Part shown: one piece after another, positions 9,773 to 20,700 of the stretch | How the letters are laid out: each line of letters opens with the position of its first letter | How positions within the stretch are numbered: position 1 is the stretch's first letter | Virus record (IMG/VR): IMGVR_UViG_3300037408_000144 | Location: 1-61,148 of that record | DNA: 61,148 bases | Strand: one strand, 5' to 3' | Source: a virus | Taxonomy: Duplodnaviria > Caudoviricetes | The notes under the pieces: generated by a model | What the model was told of the DNA's origin: nothing | The model's input: the letters and a program-made list of their open reading frames with translations, nothing else | The model's database searches: none | Translations under genes and position numbers: made by a program

Positions 9773-11098
9773 ATGGCCTGGGACGAAGCAGCAGCGCGGC
9801 AGTTCGCTGGGGGTCTGGCGAACTCGTTCTTCATGGGGCGAGACCCGCGGGGCTATCAGAACGCCCAGCTCGCCGAGGAAGAAATGGCGCTGCGTCGCGC
9901 GCAGGACGCCCGTCTTGCTGCCCAGAACGCCCGTGAGCAGGCAGTCCACGACGCCAGGATGCGGGAAGTCAACCGCACCTACGGGCTGACCGACGAGATC
10001 ATCAACGCCTCCAGCGGCGCGGGACTCCCCATCCCCGAAGGGCAGATGGGCGGCGACGGCTTCGGCCCCCCGACTCCTGCCGGCCTGAAAACCCCCGAAC
10101 TCAGTCCTGCGTGGCTTCGCCAGAAGTCCATGCAGCTCGCCGCCGCCAAAGGCGACCTCGACGGCATCACGAAGCTGCGCCAGGAAGACGAGAACACCCG
10201 GCTCGACCAGGGTTTGGCGCGACACATGGCCGACTGGCGCAAGCTGACGCTGGAGCAGAAACTGGCCTTGCCGTGGGTGCGCCAGCAGTTCAACGAGAAC
10301 CCGAACGTGCCCGGCGAGCTAGCCATCGACAAGAAAGGCAAGCTGGTCCTGACCAACGCCGATGGCCGCGGGACTACCAAGTTCATCGACCCCGACCTGC
10401 TGGATCGCGCCGCTGCGGCGTACTTCCTGGAGCAGAACGGTCGTGGGGGCGCCGCCCTCAAGGGCATGGCGGATGCCGGTGCGGACTACTACACCCGCGG
10501 CCGGGAGCGCACAAAGGACAACAACCTGACGATGACGCAGCTCCACCGGGCCCGGATCGACGAGGGGAACCTCGACGTCAACCGCGCTCAACTCGGCCTG
10601 CAGCAGACCCGCGCCAACAAGCCCGTGTGGCAGCAGTTCATCGGGGCGGACAACAAGCCCGTTCTCGTGGACATGAACGCAGTGGACAAGGACCCCGCGA
10701 CCGGCATGGCCAAGCTGCCGCCGGGAGTGCAGTTCCCGAAGCAGACCATCGACGCGGCTACGCAGCTGCGCTACAGGAGCGAACTCATCAAGCAGGGCAT
10801 GCCGCCCGAGGAAGTCGACCGCGAAATGGCGCGTGTCATGGGCGCACCAGACCCGCTGGAAAAGCTCGTCGGCGCGCTCAAGGAAGCAGACAAGGGGGCC
10901 GGGAAGGCAGCCAGCGGTGCTCCGCGGCAGGAGACCACCAAGAACCCAGCCTCGGCGGCGAACATGGGGTTGCGCATCCCTGAGTCGATGCCCGGCAAGG
11001 CTGATGTACCTCGCACTTCGGGGGCTGGCGCTCTGAAGCAGTGGTGGAGTGGCGGTCAGCCGCAGAAACCGCTCCTCGACTACATGATCGGTCGGTAG
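9773..11098 (+). CDS. Internal virion / DNA ejection protein (441 aa)
   Basis: ATG at 9773 just after the upstream stop; helical composition. Confidence 0.7.
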   Translation: MAWDEAAARQFAGGLANSFFMGRDPRGYQNAQLAEEEMALRRAQDARLAAQNAREQAVHDARMREVNRTYGLTDEIINASSGAGLPIPEGQMGGDGFGPPTPAGLKTPELSPAWLRQKSMQLAAAKGDLDGITKLRQEDENTRLDQGLARHMADWRKLTLEQKLALPWVRQQFNENPNVPGELAIDKKGKLVLTNADGRGTTKFIDPDLLDRAAAAYFLEQNGRGGAALKGMADAGADYYTRGRERTKDNNLTMTQLHRARIDEGNLDVNRAQLGLQQTRANKPVWQQFIGADNKPVLVDMNAVDKDPATGMAKLPPGVQFPKQTIDAATQLRYRSELIKQGMPPEEVDREMARVMGAPDPLEKLVGALKEADKGAGKAASGAPRQETTKNPASAANMGLRIPESMPGKADVPRTSGAGALKQWWSGGQPQKPLLDYMIGR

Positions 11099-11116
11099 CA
11101 ACCGCAAGGGGCACGC

Positions 11117-14100
11117 GTGCTCGACATCCAGAAGCTACGGGAACTTGGCGGGGGCCTGAGCAACCTCACGGACGAGCAGATTGCGCGTTCCGCACACGAG
11201 GCGTACAGGGGCTACTACCCGGACTTCAACGACTTCGCCAAGCGGATCGGCTACGCGCCGGAGGACGACTTCGTCCGCGGGCTGAAGATGGGCGGCCGGC
11301 AGACCCTGGCTGCTGGTGCTGGTGCCCTGGCGATGGGCGCAGACGCCATCGGTGCCACGGGTGCGCGCGACTACATGCTTGACGCAGCCCGCAACCAGTC
11401 CAACAAGGCGTTCCAGCTCAGTCGTCGGTCGGACGACGTCGACAACTTCCGCGAAGACCCGCTGTCGTTCCTGAGCGCCGGGGCGGGCCAGGTGGCCGCG
11501 TTCGCCATCCCGTCCCTGGTGTCTGGCGGCCTGGGTGCCGGCGTTGCGGCTGCGCGTGGAGGCAGCATGCTGCTCGGTGCCGCTGCGGGTTCCTACGGCG
11601 CGAACTTCGCCCAGGAGGCGGGCGGCATCTACAACGAGCTGGCGGATCAGGGTCGCTACGAGCCGGGCCGCGCGGCGGCATACGGCGCAGGTGCTGCTGT
11701 TCTGGACACTGCGACCGAGGCGATTCCGTTCGCCCGGGGGGCGTTTCGCGGCGGCCTGCCGACCCGCATGCTCAAGGGTGCCGCGCTTCAGGCTCCGATC
11801 GAGGCAGGTACCGAGACGATCCAGACGGGCATCGAGCGCGCGGGCGCCTACAAGGATCTGAACAGCGACGAGGCGTGGAGCGATTACCGCAACGCTGCGG
11901 CACTGGGTGCCATCGGCGGCGCGGGCTTCGGCGGCGCCACTGGGGCGTTCTCCCGGGCTCCCGTGGACCTGCTGCGCAACACGAACCCGCAGGTCGAGCC
12001 TCCCGCACCTGAAGCGCCCCCCGCGCCCCCCGCCCCGCTGGGCCTGCAGTGGAACCAGCGCTACGAGCCTGACGGCGGCTTCTTCGGGCAGCAGAACCCG
12101 TTCGTGGTGTTCCCCGACGGCTCGACCGCGACGCAGTCCGACGCCGAGCTGATGCAGCGCTACGAGATGACCCCCGACACGCTGGGCGGTCTGCGCCAGG
12201 GCGGGGTGCGCGTCGATCCGTCGATGGACACGGGCAACGTCGCTCCGTATCTGCCGGGCAAGATGGTCGCCGACCAGGGCGGCCAGGTGGCACTCGACGC
12301 CCCCGCTGCGGACTCGCTGTACGGTCGGGATGACGGTGACATGGGGCTCGTCGTGGCGCGCGAGCGCTACCTGGCCCAGAAGCAGGCGGCAGAGCAGGCC
12401 GCGGCCCAGAAGGAGGCCATCGCTGCCGAGGCCGCGAAGCGCGAGCAGCTGGCTGCGCGCACCCTGGATGCCACGGGGGTCAAGGGCACGACCGCTGTCG
12501 ACTTGTTCGGCCAGCTGGAAGACCTGAAGAACCGGGGTGCGATCGACGAGACGGATTTCATCAGCGCCGCGGCGCTGATCTCCGTGCGCGAGAACGGCAA
12601 GGTACGCAAGGTCATCGCTCAGGCCCAGGCCAAGCTGGCGCAAGCCACCCCCACTGCGGCACCCGTGCAGGCCCCGGCCGCACCCACTGTACCCGCGGAG
12701 GCGCCGCCGGCCGTGCTGGCCCAGGAGCAGACCCCCGCCCTGCCGGACGCGGTTGCCCGGCGGCGCATGTCCACCGAGCAGCTGGCGCCCCACGTCACCG
12801 AGATCCTGGCTCGCATGGGGGTCGATCCGGCCAAACCCGTGGAGGTCAAGCGCAAGAAGGTCAAGACCACCATCACTGCGCAGCAGCTCGTCACCGACAT
12901 GCTTCGCGCCGACGACATCGACGTCGCCGCGGTCGAGGGTGCCACAGGCATCGACTTCACCAGTGGTAGTGTGCGTGAGCCGTTGACCCTGGATCAGACC
13001 GCCCTGCTGGTGGCCAAGCGCACCGGCAAGAAGATGACCAAGCAGTCCATCCAGGCGCGGCTGGCCAAGTACGGCGTGGACAAGGACACCGCCAGCCTGA
13101 TCGGCTACGCATCGGTGGAACCCGTGGCCCCGGCCGAACTGGGTGTGCAGGGCGGCAGCGTCGTCGAAGGTGAGGAGAGCCCGGCCTTCGGTGCCGGCAT
13201 GCGCGTGGAGAACTCGGCCTCCGACGCAGCTGCGTCGGGTGTACTCGAAGACGGCCGGTCTACCGAGGATCCGAAGATCGCTGCGGCGCTCCTGGCGCTG
13301 GCACGCAAGGCGGAGTCCGCCGCCGAAGGGTGGGTGGGTGCCGACCAGGCCAACATGACCAAGGAGCGGGCCGACGCAGCCGCCGTGGCGGACTTCGATG
13401 CCGACCCCACTGCCGGCGAAGATCCGATCTTCGTGGAAAAGCGCAAGGCTGCGGCACTGGCGCGTGCCCAACTGGCGAATAAGCGAGACGAGGTAACCCG
13501 CGCCGCGCGCTGGGAAGAAGCCACGGGCAGCAGGTGGCTGCCTGGCACCGTGCAGTGGGAACTGCGCCGTGCGCTGGACTCCGGGAACATCGTCGAGGGC
13601 GACATCGCCGAGGCCCGCGACTCCTACAATGAAGACCTGCGGGGCGACGATCCGACGTGGGACGACCTCACCCCCGAAGAACAGGCTGACTGGGTCGGCA
13701 CTAACCTGAAGGACGCAGATGGACGAATCACTGCCCAAGAGTACGCCCGAGAGTGGGGCGCCCTCGTCGACCGCGCCCGCCAGCGATTCCAAGGCGCCAA
13801 TCAGCCCCGAGCACTTGGCGGACCTGAAGCTACTGAAAGCGTTCAACCTGTCGCCCCAGCAGTACAAGCGAGCGATGATCGAGCTGCACAAAAAGCACCG
13901 CGGACCTTCCGCGTAGAGAAGCCCGGTGCGGGCAAGCTGAAGGCAGTGCGGCCCAGCACGGTCCCGGGGGAGCCGGAAGATACCAGGCTGTCCACGTTCA
14001 GCGCCGTCAAGACGATGCCCGGTGCATCGCACGCACTGGACACGATGGGCAAGTTCGGTATCGCGCATGTGGTGGACTGGGTGGACACGTGGTTCACCAC

Positions 14101-17100
14101 GAACCCCCGACACAACGGCGACGGTGGCACGTATTACGCGATCGGCGACAAGCAGGTCGTCGAGTGGCGCCCGACAGCCGACCCAACCAAGTACGGCAAC
14201 GCGCTGGTAGACTTCGTGCACGAGGTCGGGCATGCTGTGGACATGGCGTCCTACGGCGGCGGGGTGTACTCCACCCAGCCTGAGCTGGCGTTCCGCTGGC
14301 AGGGCGAGCCTGTGGCTGCGGGTTCCGTGGCGCGCGAGCTGGCGACCATCTACATGTTCCAGCCGGAGAGCCCGCTGGCCGCGCTGTTCGAGTACCCGCT
14401 GGACCCGGAGAAGCACGGCGGTACCATCAAGACTGCGGCCCGCGCGTCCCAGGAAGTGTTCGCCAACCTGCTGGCCGCGTACCATCATCCGGCACTGCAG
14501 CGCGAGCTGAAGAAGAACGCTCCACTGGCGACCAAGTTCATCGAGGAGGTCATCCGTGACATCGGTCAAACAACCCGTGAAAAAGCCCACAGCCTCGAAG
14601 CTGCTCAACGACGCCGTGCCGCCTTCCAAGGCCGTGCCGATGGCGCCGCTCAAGCGCAGCAACAACCCGGCACCCAGCCCCGAGTTCCAGGACTGGCTCA
14701 ACCAAGGGCTGAATCAGGAAATCGAGCTGCCCAAGGCCCGCTGAAGTCCAAGAACGCGAACCTCGACAGCAAGGCCCTGAGCGAGCTGGAGCTGCCGGGT
14801 AAGGTCAAGGGCGTCAAGGGGTTCATCGAGGGCGTCTTCAAGGACGGCCTGTGGCGTGCCCACCCCAGCCTGCTGGGCTGGCTGTCGGCCGAGCAGCTTG
14901 GCGCACGGTTCAAGACTCTGCCGGGTGTACGCCAGTTCGCGGAACTGACGGCCCGCATGTCGGGCCGGGCGAACCAGATCATGCACGCCGCCGACGTGAT
15001 CAAGCGGCGCTGGGAAGCCTTGGCCGAACCCGACGCGCAGGCCCTGGGCGATCTGCTGCTGGACAGCACTGGCGCCAGCATGTGGCCGAACCTGGACTTC
15101 CGTGACGAGAAGAACCTGCACATCGAGGACACGCCGGAGAACCGGGCGCAGCACGCCAAGCTGAAGGAGCGCTTCCGCACCGCCAAGCCGGCCGTCAAGC
15201 AGCTGTACCTGGACGTCGTGGCGGACTTCGAGACGCGCCGCCAGGCCAAGATCGAGGGCGTGCGCAGGGGTATCGTCGCCACTTACTACCCGGACGAGAC
15301 CTCGGACACCAAGGGGCTGTCGCGCCAGGAGGTCGATCGCATCGCCGACGCCAAGGGCAAGGCCCGCGACGAACTGGTGCAGTCCCTGGGCACCACGGTG
15401 CGCCGCCAGCGCGAGATCAAGAGCCTGGTCAGCGACCTGACCCAGCATGCCGACACGTTCCGCACCAACCCAGGGCCGTACTTCCCGCTGATGCGCTTCG
15501 GCAACAACGTGGTGTCGGTGAAGTCCAAGGCGTACGTCACGGCCGAGCAGGAACTGGTCTCTGCCCAGAAGGCCCTGGCCGCAGCCGAGAACGACTCTGC
15601 CGCCGGCACCGACCTAAAGGCCGAGCGCGACGAGGTCAAGCGGGCCACCACGGTGCTGAACAAGATGAAGCGCAGTGGCAACGACTACCGGGTCGAGTTC
15701 TTCGAGACCTACGGCGAAGCGCGCCAGTTCAAGGAGCAGGCGGACGCCAAGTTGGGTGCCGGCTACGAGGTCAACCAGTCCGTCAAGGACCAGTACCTGA
15801 AGTCGGTGGACGCCACCAGCCCGACGTTCATGAAGCGCATCGAGCAGAAGCTCGGCCAATACTTCCAGGGCGAGAAGGGCGAGCCGATCAAGCAGGCCGT
15901 GCGTGAGATGTACGTGCAGATGCTGCCCGAGAACAGCATGCTGAAGTCGCAGCTGAAGCGGCAGAACGTGCTGGGTGCCAGCCGGGACGCCATGCGGTCC
16001 TACGCTGCCAGCTCGGTGCGCGACGCGCACGGCATCAGCCGCCTGGAGTACCAGGCCCCGCTGCGCGAGGCACTGGACACGCTGCGTTTCGACCGCAAGG
16101 AGATCGACGCCAAGATCGTGGGCCAGGAACTGGCCGCACGGCTGCAGCAGAACTTCGAGTTCAAGGACCACCCGCTGCTGGGCGCAATGGGCAACATGAC
16201 GTACCTGACGCGCCTGGGCCTGTCCCCGTCGTTCCTGGTGACGCAGCTGACGCAGCCCTGGTTCATCTCGGCCCCGATCCTGGCCAGCCGGCACCACATG
16301 AAGTCCTTCGGCGCGCTGCGCGAGGCGACAGCCGCTGCCGGCAAGATGCTCCACGCCGACGCCAAGAAGCAGGGCACCGCGCACTTCAGTCTGGACCCCG
16401 ACCGCGCCCTGAAGGCCGGACAGATCACCCAGGACGAGTCCCTGATGCTCAAGGACATGCTCGACCGGGGCCGCATCGACATCACGATCACCCAGGACCT
16501 GGGCGCCACGGCGCAGGGGCGCGACGACTCCTGGCTGACCAAGGCCACCCGGATCAGCGCACTGCCGGCGCAGCAGCTGGAGGTCATGAACCGCGTGGCG
16601 ACGGCACTGGCAGCCTACCGGCTGCAGAAGCAGCTGGAACTCAGCCGCGGTGTGGACAACCCCGTGGCGCTGGAGCGCGCGGCGAAGTACGCCGACGAGA
16701 TCGTCTCGGAGACGCACCTGAACTACGCGGCGGAGAACCGGGCGCGGCACATGCACCCGAACACCTGGGGCGGCTGGGGCCGCATCATGTGGCAGTTCCG
16801 CAGCTACCAGCAGGGCATGATCTACCTGGTCATGAAGAACATGATCGACGCCATGCGCGGCGACAAGGAAGCGCGCCGGGCCTCGGCCTGGCTGGCGGGC
16901 ATGATGATGGCCTCCGCGGGCACCACGGGCCTGCCTGGGGCCGCTGTGGTCGGCACGACGATCAAGCTGATCTACGACGCGTTCAAGGAAGAAGACGACG
17001 AGCGCGACCTGCGCCAGATGATGTACGCCGGCCTGGAAGCCGCCGTGGGCAAGACGGTGGCCGACGCCCTGGTCAAGGGCCTGCCTGCTGCTGCCGGGGT

Positions 17101-17734
17101 GGACATCTCTGGCCGTGTGGGCCTGGGCAACATCTTCTCGCCGGCACCGTACGCGGACGACCGGGCCGAGGGCAGGGACATGGTGGCTGCGTACTGGCTT
17201 GCGGCCGGTGGCGCGGCGATGGGCGTGGCGGCTGACTGGGCCGAGGCCATGAAGCTGGCTGACGAGGGCAAGTACGCCCAGGCCGCGCAGCGTGCGCTGC
17301 CGAAGGTCGTGTCGGATCAGATCCGCTGGGCCCGCGAGAGCGTGGAGGGCCGCACGGACACGCGGGGACGCGTGCTGGTACCGGCCGAAGAACGGGGGTT
17401 GGGGGATGCCCTGACTCGGGCGATGGGGTTCTCGACCACCGATGATGCCCGCATGGGCGAACGCCGGGCGGCGTTCTTCGACGCGCGTGAGAAGCGCGAT
17501 TCGGTGCGTCAGAGTCTGCTGACGAAATTCGCCAGGGCCCGGATCGGGGGTGAACCCGTCACCGAGATCCTGGACGAAATCGCCGCGTTCAACGGGCGTC
17601 ATCCCGACGCCAAGATCACCCCGGCGAACCGGGAGGCTGCGGTACGCAGCACCCGCAGCCGCGCGAAGGAGATGCGCGGCGGGGTGCCGGTACGGGAACG
17701 CGATCAGGAGTTGGCGGAAGACTTCGGGATCTGA
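11117..17734 (+). CDS. PLxRFG-domain large polyvalent internal virion protein with HExxH zincin motif
   Basis: 2205 aa; YFPLMRFG; FVHEVGHAVD (HEVGH at 14219-14233). Confidence 0.85.
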   Translation: MLDIQKLRELGGGLSNLTDEQIARSAHEAYRGYYPDFNDFAKRIGYAPEDDFVRGLKMGGRQTLAAGAGALAMGADAIGATGARDYMLDAARNQSNKAFQLSRRSDDVDNFREDPLSFLSAGAGQVAAFAIPSLVSGGLGAGVAAARGGSMLLGAAAGSYGANFAQEAGGIYNELADQGRYEPGRAAAYGAGAAVLDTATEAIPFARGAFRGGLPTRMLKGAALQAPIEAGTETIQTGIERAGAYKDLNSDEAWSDYRNAAALGAIGGAGFGGATGAFSRAPVDLLRNTNPQVEPPAPEAPPAPPAPLGLQWNQRYEPDGGFFGQQNPFVVFPDGSTATQSDAELMQRYEMTPDTLGGLRQGGVRVDPSMDTGNVAPYLPGKMVADQGGQVALDAPAADSLYGRDDGDMGLVVARERYLAQKQAAEQAAAQKEAIAAEAAKREQLAARTLDATGVKGTTAVDLFGQLEDLKNRGAIDETDFISAAALISVRENGKVRKVIAQAQAKLAQATPTAAPVQAPAAPTVPAEAPPAVLAQEQTPALPDAVARRRMSTEQLAPHVTEILARMGVDPAKPVEVKRKKVKTTITAQQLVTDMLRADDIDVAAVEGATGIDFTSGSVREPLTLDQTALLVAKRTGKKMTKQSIQARLAKYGVDKDTASLIGYASVEPVAPAELGVQGGSVVEGEESPAFGAGMRVENSASDAAASGVLEDGRSTEDPKIAAALLALARKAESAAEGWVGADQANMTKERADAAAVADFDADPTAGEDPIFVEKRKAAALARAQLANKRDEVTRAARWEEATGSRWLPGTVQWELRRALDSGNIVEGDIAEARDSYNEDLRGDDPTWDDLTPEEQADWVGTNLKDADGRITAQEYAREWGALVDRARQRFQGANQPRALGGPEATESVQPVAPAVQASDDRAAQKAPRTFRVEKPGAGKLKAVRPSTVPGEPEDTRLSTFSAVKTMPGASHALDTMGKFGIAHVVDWVDTWFTTNPRHNGDGGTYYAIGDKQVVEWRPTADPTKYGNALVDFVHEVGHAVDMASYGGGVYSTQPELAFRWQGEPVAAGSVARELATIYMFQPESPLAALFEYPLDPEKHGGTIKTAARASQEVFANLLAAYHHPALQRELKKNAPLATKFIEEVIRDIGQTTREKAHSLEAAQRRRAAFQGRADGAAQAQQQPGTQPRVPGLAQPRAESGNRAAQGPLKSKNANLDSKALSELELPGKVKGVKGFIEGVFKDGLWRAHPSLLGWLSAEQLGARFKTLPGVRQFAELTARMSGRANQIMHAADVIKRRWEALAEPDAQALGDLLLDSTGASMWPNLDFRDEKNLHIEDTPENRAQHAKLKERFRTAKPAVKQLYLDVVADFETRRQAKIEGVRRGIVATYYPDETSDTKGLSRQEVDRIADAKGKARDELVQSLGTTVRRQREIKSLVSDLTQHADTFRTNPGPYFPLMRFGNNVVSVKSKAYVTAEQELVSAQKALAAAENDSAAGTDLKAERDEVKRATTVLNKMKRSGNDYRVEFFETYGEARQFKEQADAKLGAGYEVNQSVKDQYLKSVDATSPTFMKRIEQKLGQYFQGEKGEPIKQAVREMYVQMLPENSMLKSQLKRQNVLGASRDAMRSYAASSVRDAHGISRLEYQAPLREALDTLRFDRKEIDAKIVGQELAARLQQNFEFKDHPLLGAMGNMTYLTRLGLSPSFLVTQLTQPWFISAPILASRHHMKSFGALREATAAAGKMLHADAKKQGTAHFSLDPDRALKAGQITQDESLMLKDMLDRGRIDITITQDLGATAQGRDDSWLTKATRISALPAQQLEVMNRVATALAAYRLQKQLELSRGVDNPVALERAAKYADEIVSETHLNYAAENRARHMHPNTWGGWGRIMWQFRSYQQGMIYLVMKNMIDAMRGDKEARRASAWLAGMMMASAGTTGLPGAAVVGTTIKLIYDAFKEEDDERDLRQMMYAGLEAAVGKTVADALVKGLPAAAGVDISGRVGLGNIFSPAPYADDRAEGRDMVAAYWLAAGGAAMGVAADWAEAMKLADEGKYAQAAQRALPKVVSDQIRWARESVEGRTDTRGRVLVPAEERGLGDALTRAMGFSTTDDARMGERRAAFFDAREKRDSVRQSLLTKFARARIGGEPVTEILDEIAAFNGRHPDAKITPANREAAVRSTRSRAKEMRGGVPVRERDQELAEDFGI
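13719..13916 (+). CDS. Nested +1-frame small protein (65 aa) inside the PLxRFG gene
   Basis: GAAGGA SD 5 nt before ATG; G/C-ending codons switch to this frame while the host frame turns A/T-ending. Confidence 0.6.
   Translation: MDESLPKSTPESGAPSSTAPASDSKAPISPEHLADLKLLKAFNLSPQQYKRAMIELHKKHRGPSA
14556..14744 (+). CDS. Nested +1-frame small protein (62 aa) inside the PLxRFG gene
   Basis: GAGGAGGT SD 5 nt before GTG; same codon-bias switch. Confidence 0.6.
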   Translation: MTSVKQPVKKPTASKLLNDAVPPSKAVPMAPLKRSNNPAPSPEFQDWLNQGLNQEIELPKAR

Positions 17735-20700
17735 TCCTCGACGACGGCGTCTGGTTGCCGAAGCACCCGGACGTTGTCTCCCAAAGCCCTGGTGTAGTCC
17801 ACGTCGCGGCCCAGTCGGGCCACGATGACTTTCATGGCGGACACGCGAAGGTTCTGCGCCATCTTGGTGTTGCGGTACAGGTCGATGGCGTGCGCCAGGC
17901 GGGACGGGCGGTCAAGCTCGGGCGGCTCCAGGATGTTCATGTCCCGGCAGGCGTTGAGCAGTGTGTGGTGGCTGACCTTGCGTCTGTGGCACCAGTCCCG
18001 CAGGGCGTCGGACTTGAAGTAGATGCACCCCTCGTCCAGTACGCTGCGCGCCAGCACGTTCTCTGGCACCCGGTCGTTCAGCGGTACGTCGACCGGGGTG
18101 TTCTTGCCGGGCATCTTCATGCTGCGGGTGATCAGCGTGCTGCCCGCGATGTCGCTCAGGAACAGGGCCATCTGCGCATCCGGTTCCGTCGGGACGATGC
18201 CCTCGACCGCGAACTCGTAGCTGGCGTCGTGCCAGCGCTTGAACTCCCTGACCAGTTCGTCGAGGTTGAAGAACTTCAGGCCCCACGGCTTGAGCAGGCG
18301 GCGCATCAGCAGCAGCGCACCCAGGGCACGCCACATGAATCGGCCGTCCTGGCCCCCGTCGAGCATGGCGCGGGCCTTGTCCGCGCACTCGATGCCGGCC
18401 TTGTTCAGCATCTCACCACCCTGCCGGCACATCTCGTAGTGCAGGACGGCACCCAGGGCGCCGGCACAGTCCGCCAGGGCACTGCGCGCCTCGGTCTCCT
18501 GCAGCGAACGCTCCCGGCTGACTGCCGTGACGCCGGAACACTCGATCTCAAGCAGCCGGAACTGAACTGCCATCGACTCGCTGCGGTCCACTGCGGCGAT
18601 CTCGCGGTGCGACTTGTTCGTCGACATCACGTTGATGAGCGTCATCTTCTCGCCGCCCGTGACCGACAGGTCCTTCTTCAGCCGGGTCTTCGACACGCCG
18701 TTGCCGATCGCGCTGATCAGACTTGCCAGTTCCGCAGGGGGCACGTCCTCCATCTCGTCCATGAACGAGGGCATGGTGCCGGCCTGCAGTGCCAGTTCGC
18801 CACGGGCGTTGCCGGTGCTGTTGTTGCGGTCCAGCTGCGACACGATGTTGTTCGGCACGCCGTAGGCCAGGGCGGCTGCGGCCATCGCCGAGGTCTTGCC
18901 GATACCCGACTTCGGACTGAACAACGACACCGTGAGCCCCATGCCGGGGAGTTCCGAGCCGGGGTAGTAGCTGCCCTGGACGAACGTGAGCAGCGGGCTG
19001 GAGATGGCCAGCGAGATGGCCAGCTGGTACGGCAGGAAGTTCGAGTCCGAGTAGAACTCGTTCAGGTAGTCCACGTGCCTGCGGGCCCGCGGCAGAATGT
19101 GCTCCTGCCAGACCTCGGGGCCCCAGCGCCCGCTGGCGTTGTGGGGTAGCGGCACTGTGTAGGCCGTGCCGCGCGAGCGCAGTTTCTCCTGCACGACGCC
19201 CTCGTAGACGTCGCCGGTTCGGGTGATCAGGTGCGGTCCCTGGGCTACCGTCAACTCACCCTTCTGGTTGTAGAACGATCCGAAGCGGGCCATGATCTTC
19301 GGCCGCTGGCCTGCGGCCCTGATCCGCTCCATCGACGCGCGGATGTACTGTTCCATCGAGTTGTATGTGCGTGTGGTTGCGGGGAAGACCTGGACGTTCT
19401 GTCCTGCGAGGTGGGCGATGAAGTCCTGCCGCTTGGCCAGCAGTCGGGTCGGCAGCGTGTAGCGCGTCGCCTTCTTCTGCGCGTTGTCGTAGACCGTGTA
19501 CACGGACATCGCCTGGTCGTTCTCGCTGGTCCCGGGGGCCCAGGATTCGAGCCAGTACGGCTGCGGACAGAACTGCTCCTTGGTGCTGATGACGGACTCT
19601 TCCCCCGTGGGGGTCTTGATCGGGATCTGCACCTCGGCCGTCAGGACGTAGTCTCCGTTCCCGCTCTTGATGATGTGGAACCCGTGGGGCAGGTAGCCAT
19701 CCCAGGGCATCGGGGCGGCATGTGTGGCTGGTGCGGCCAGTTCTTCCCCCTCGTCGCTGAACGGCATGTACGAATCGGCCGCGGCCTCGGGCTGCTCGAC
19801 GGTGAGTGCTGGCTGCTGCGCCGTCATCTCCTGGATCGACAGCATGCCCAGCTGGATGGGGGACTTGATGGTCCCGCGGTGCGCGCAGCCGGAACAGGCC
19901 GACGGGTTCTCCGCCTCGAACGTGGCGCACGTGGTGGGCCCAGCGGTCCAGCGGTCGAGCTTTGACTGGGTGACGTCGTAGTCGTACTCCGGGTGCCCCT
20001 GGCTGTAGGTGTGTGCCGCATCGGAGCCTTCCTGCGTGAACTTGATCACGCCCAGCATCGCTCGCCAGTACGGCTCGGCGACGTCCCCGCGCAGACCCAT
20101 CGCGTGCTGCATGGCGGCGCAGTTCTGCCGGATCTTCTCCGCGCTCTTGGGCGGACCCACCGGGGCCTCCAGCACCTCGGCGTTCAGGCTGCGCTTGCGT
20201 GCAGGTGCCTCTTGAGGCACAAAGGCAGCCACTCGGGCTGCCATGTCGTTCAGGTTGTACTTCGCACCAGACCGTGTCAGGACGGCCACTCTGGCGCCAC
20301 TGCTGTGCAGCGTGCCCGGGGGCCTGAGCACCCGTGCCGCGTCCGATGTGACTGTGGGGTCGATGCGCAGCCCCTGCGCCAGCGCCATCGCCTTGAGGGC
20401 CTTGGCCAGCGGCAACCACTGGGCCAGCTCGACGTCGGCGTCGAGACAGAAGTACACGTGCAGCCCCGCGCCGCTGGAGACAACGTAGCTGGGCTTGAGA
20501 CTGTTGGCCTGCACCCACTGCGCCACAGCCAGGAGGGCTTCGCGCTGCGTCGGGTACACGGCGTCGCCGTGCTTGGCGAATTTCTCCTCCCCGGCGTCGA
20601 TGTCGAACGCCAGCGAGCGACGGAAGGCCACGTTGTCCCCCGTGCGGGCGGCACTGGTCTGGAATGACGCGGTGGCGAAGTAGATGCCCTGGGAATCCTC

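Noticed and set aside
11135-14701. 1188-aa minus-strand ORF, and similar long ones (37865-40198, 15614-17602, 54635-56476)
   Set aside because: Antisense shadows of GC3-rich genes; no motifs or SD
17704-17734. 31-bp convergent overlap of the two arms
   Set aside because: Ordinary tail-to-tail overlap; no further structure seen
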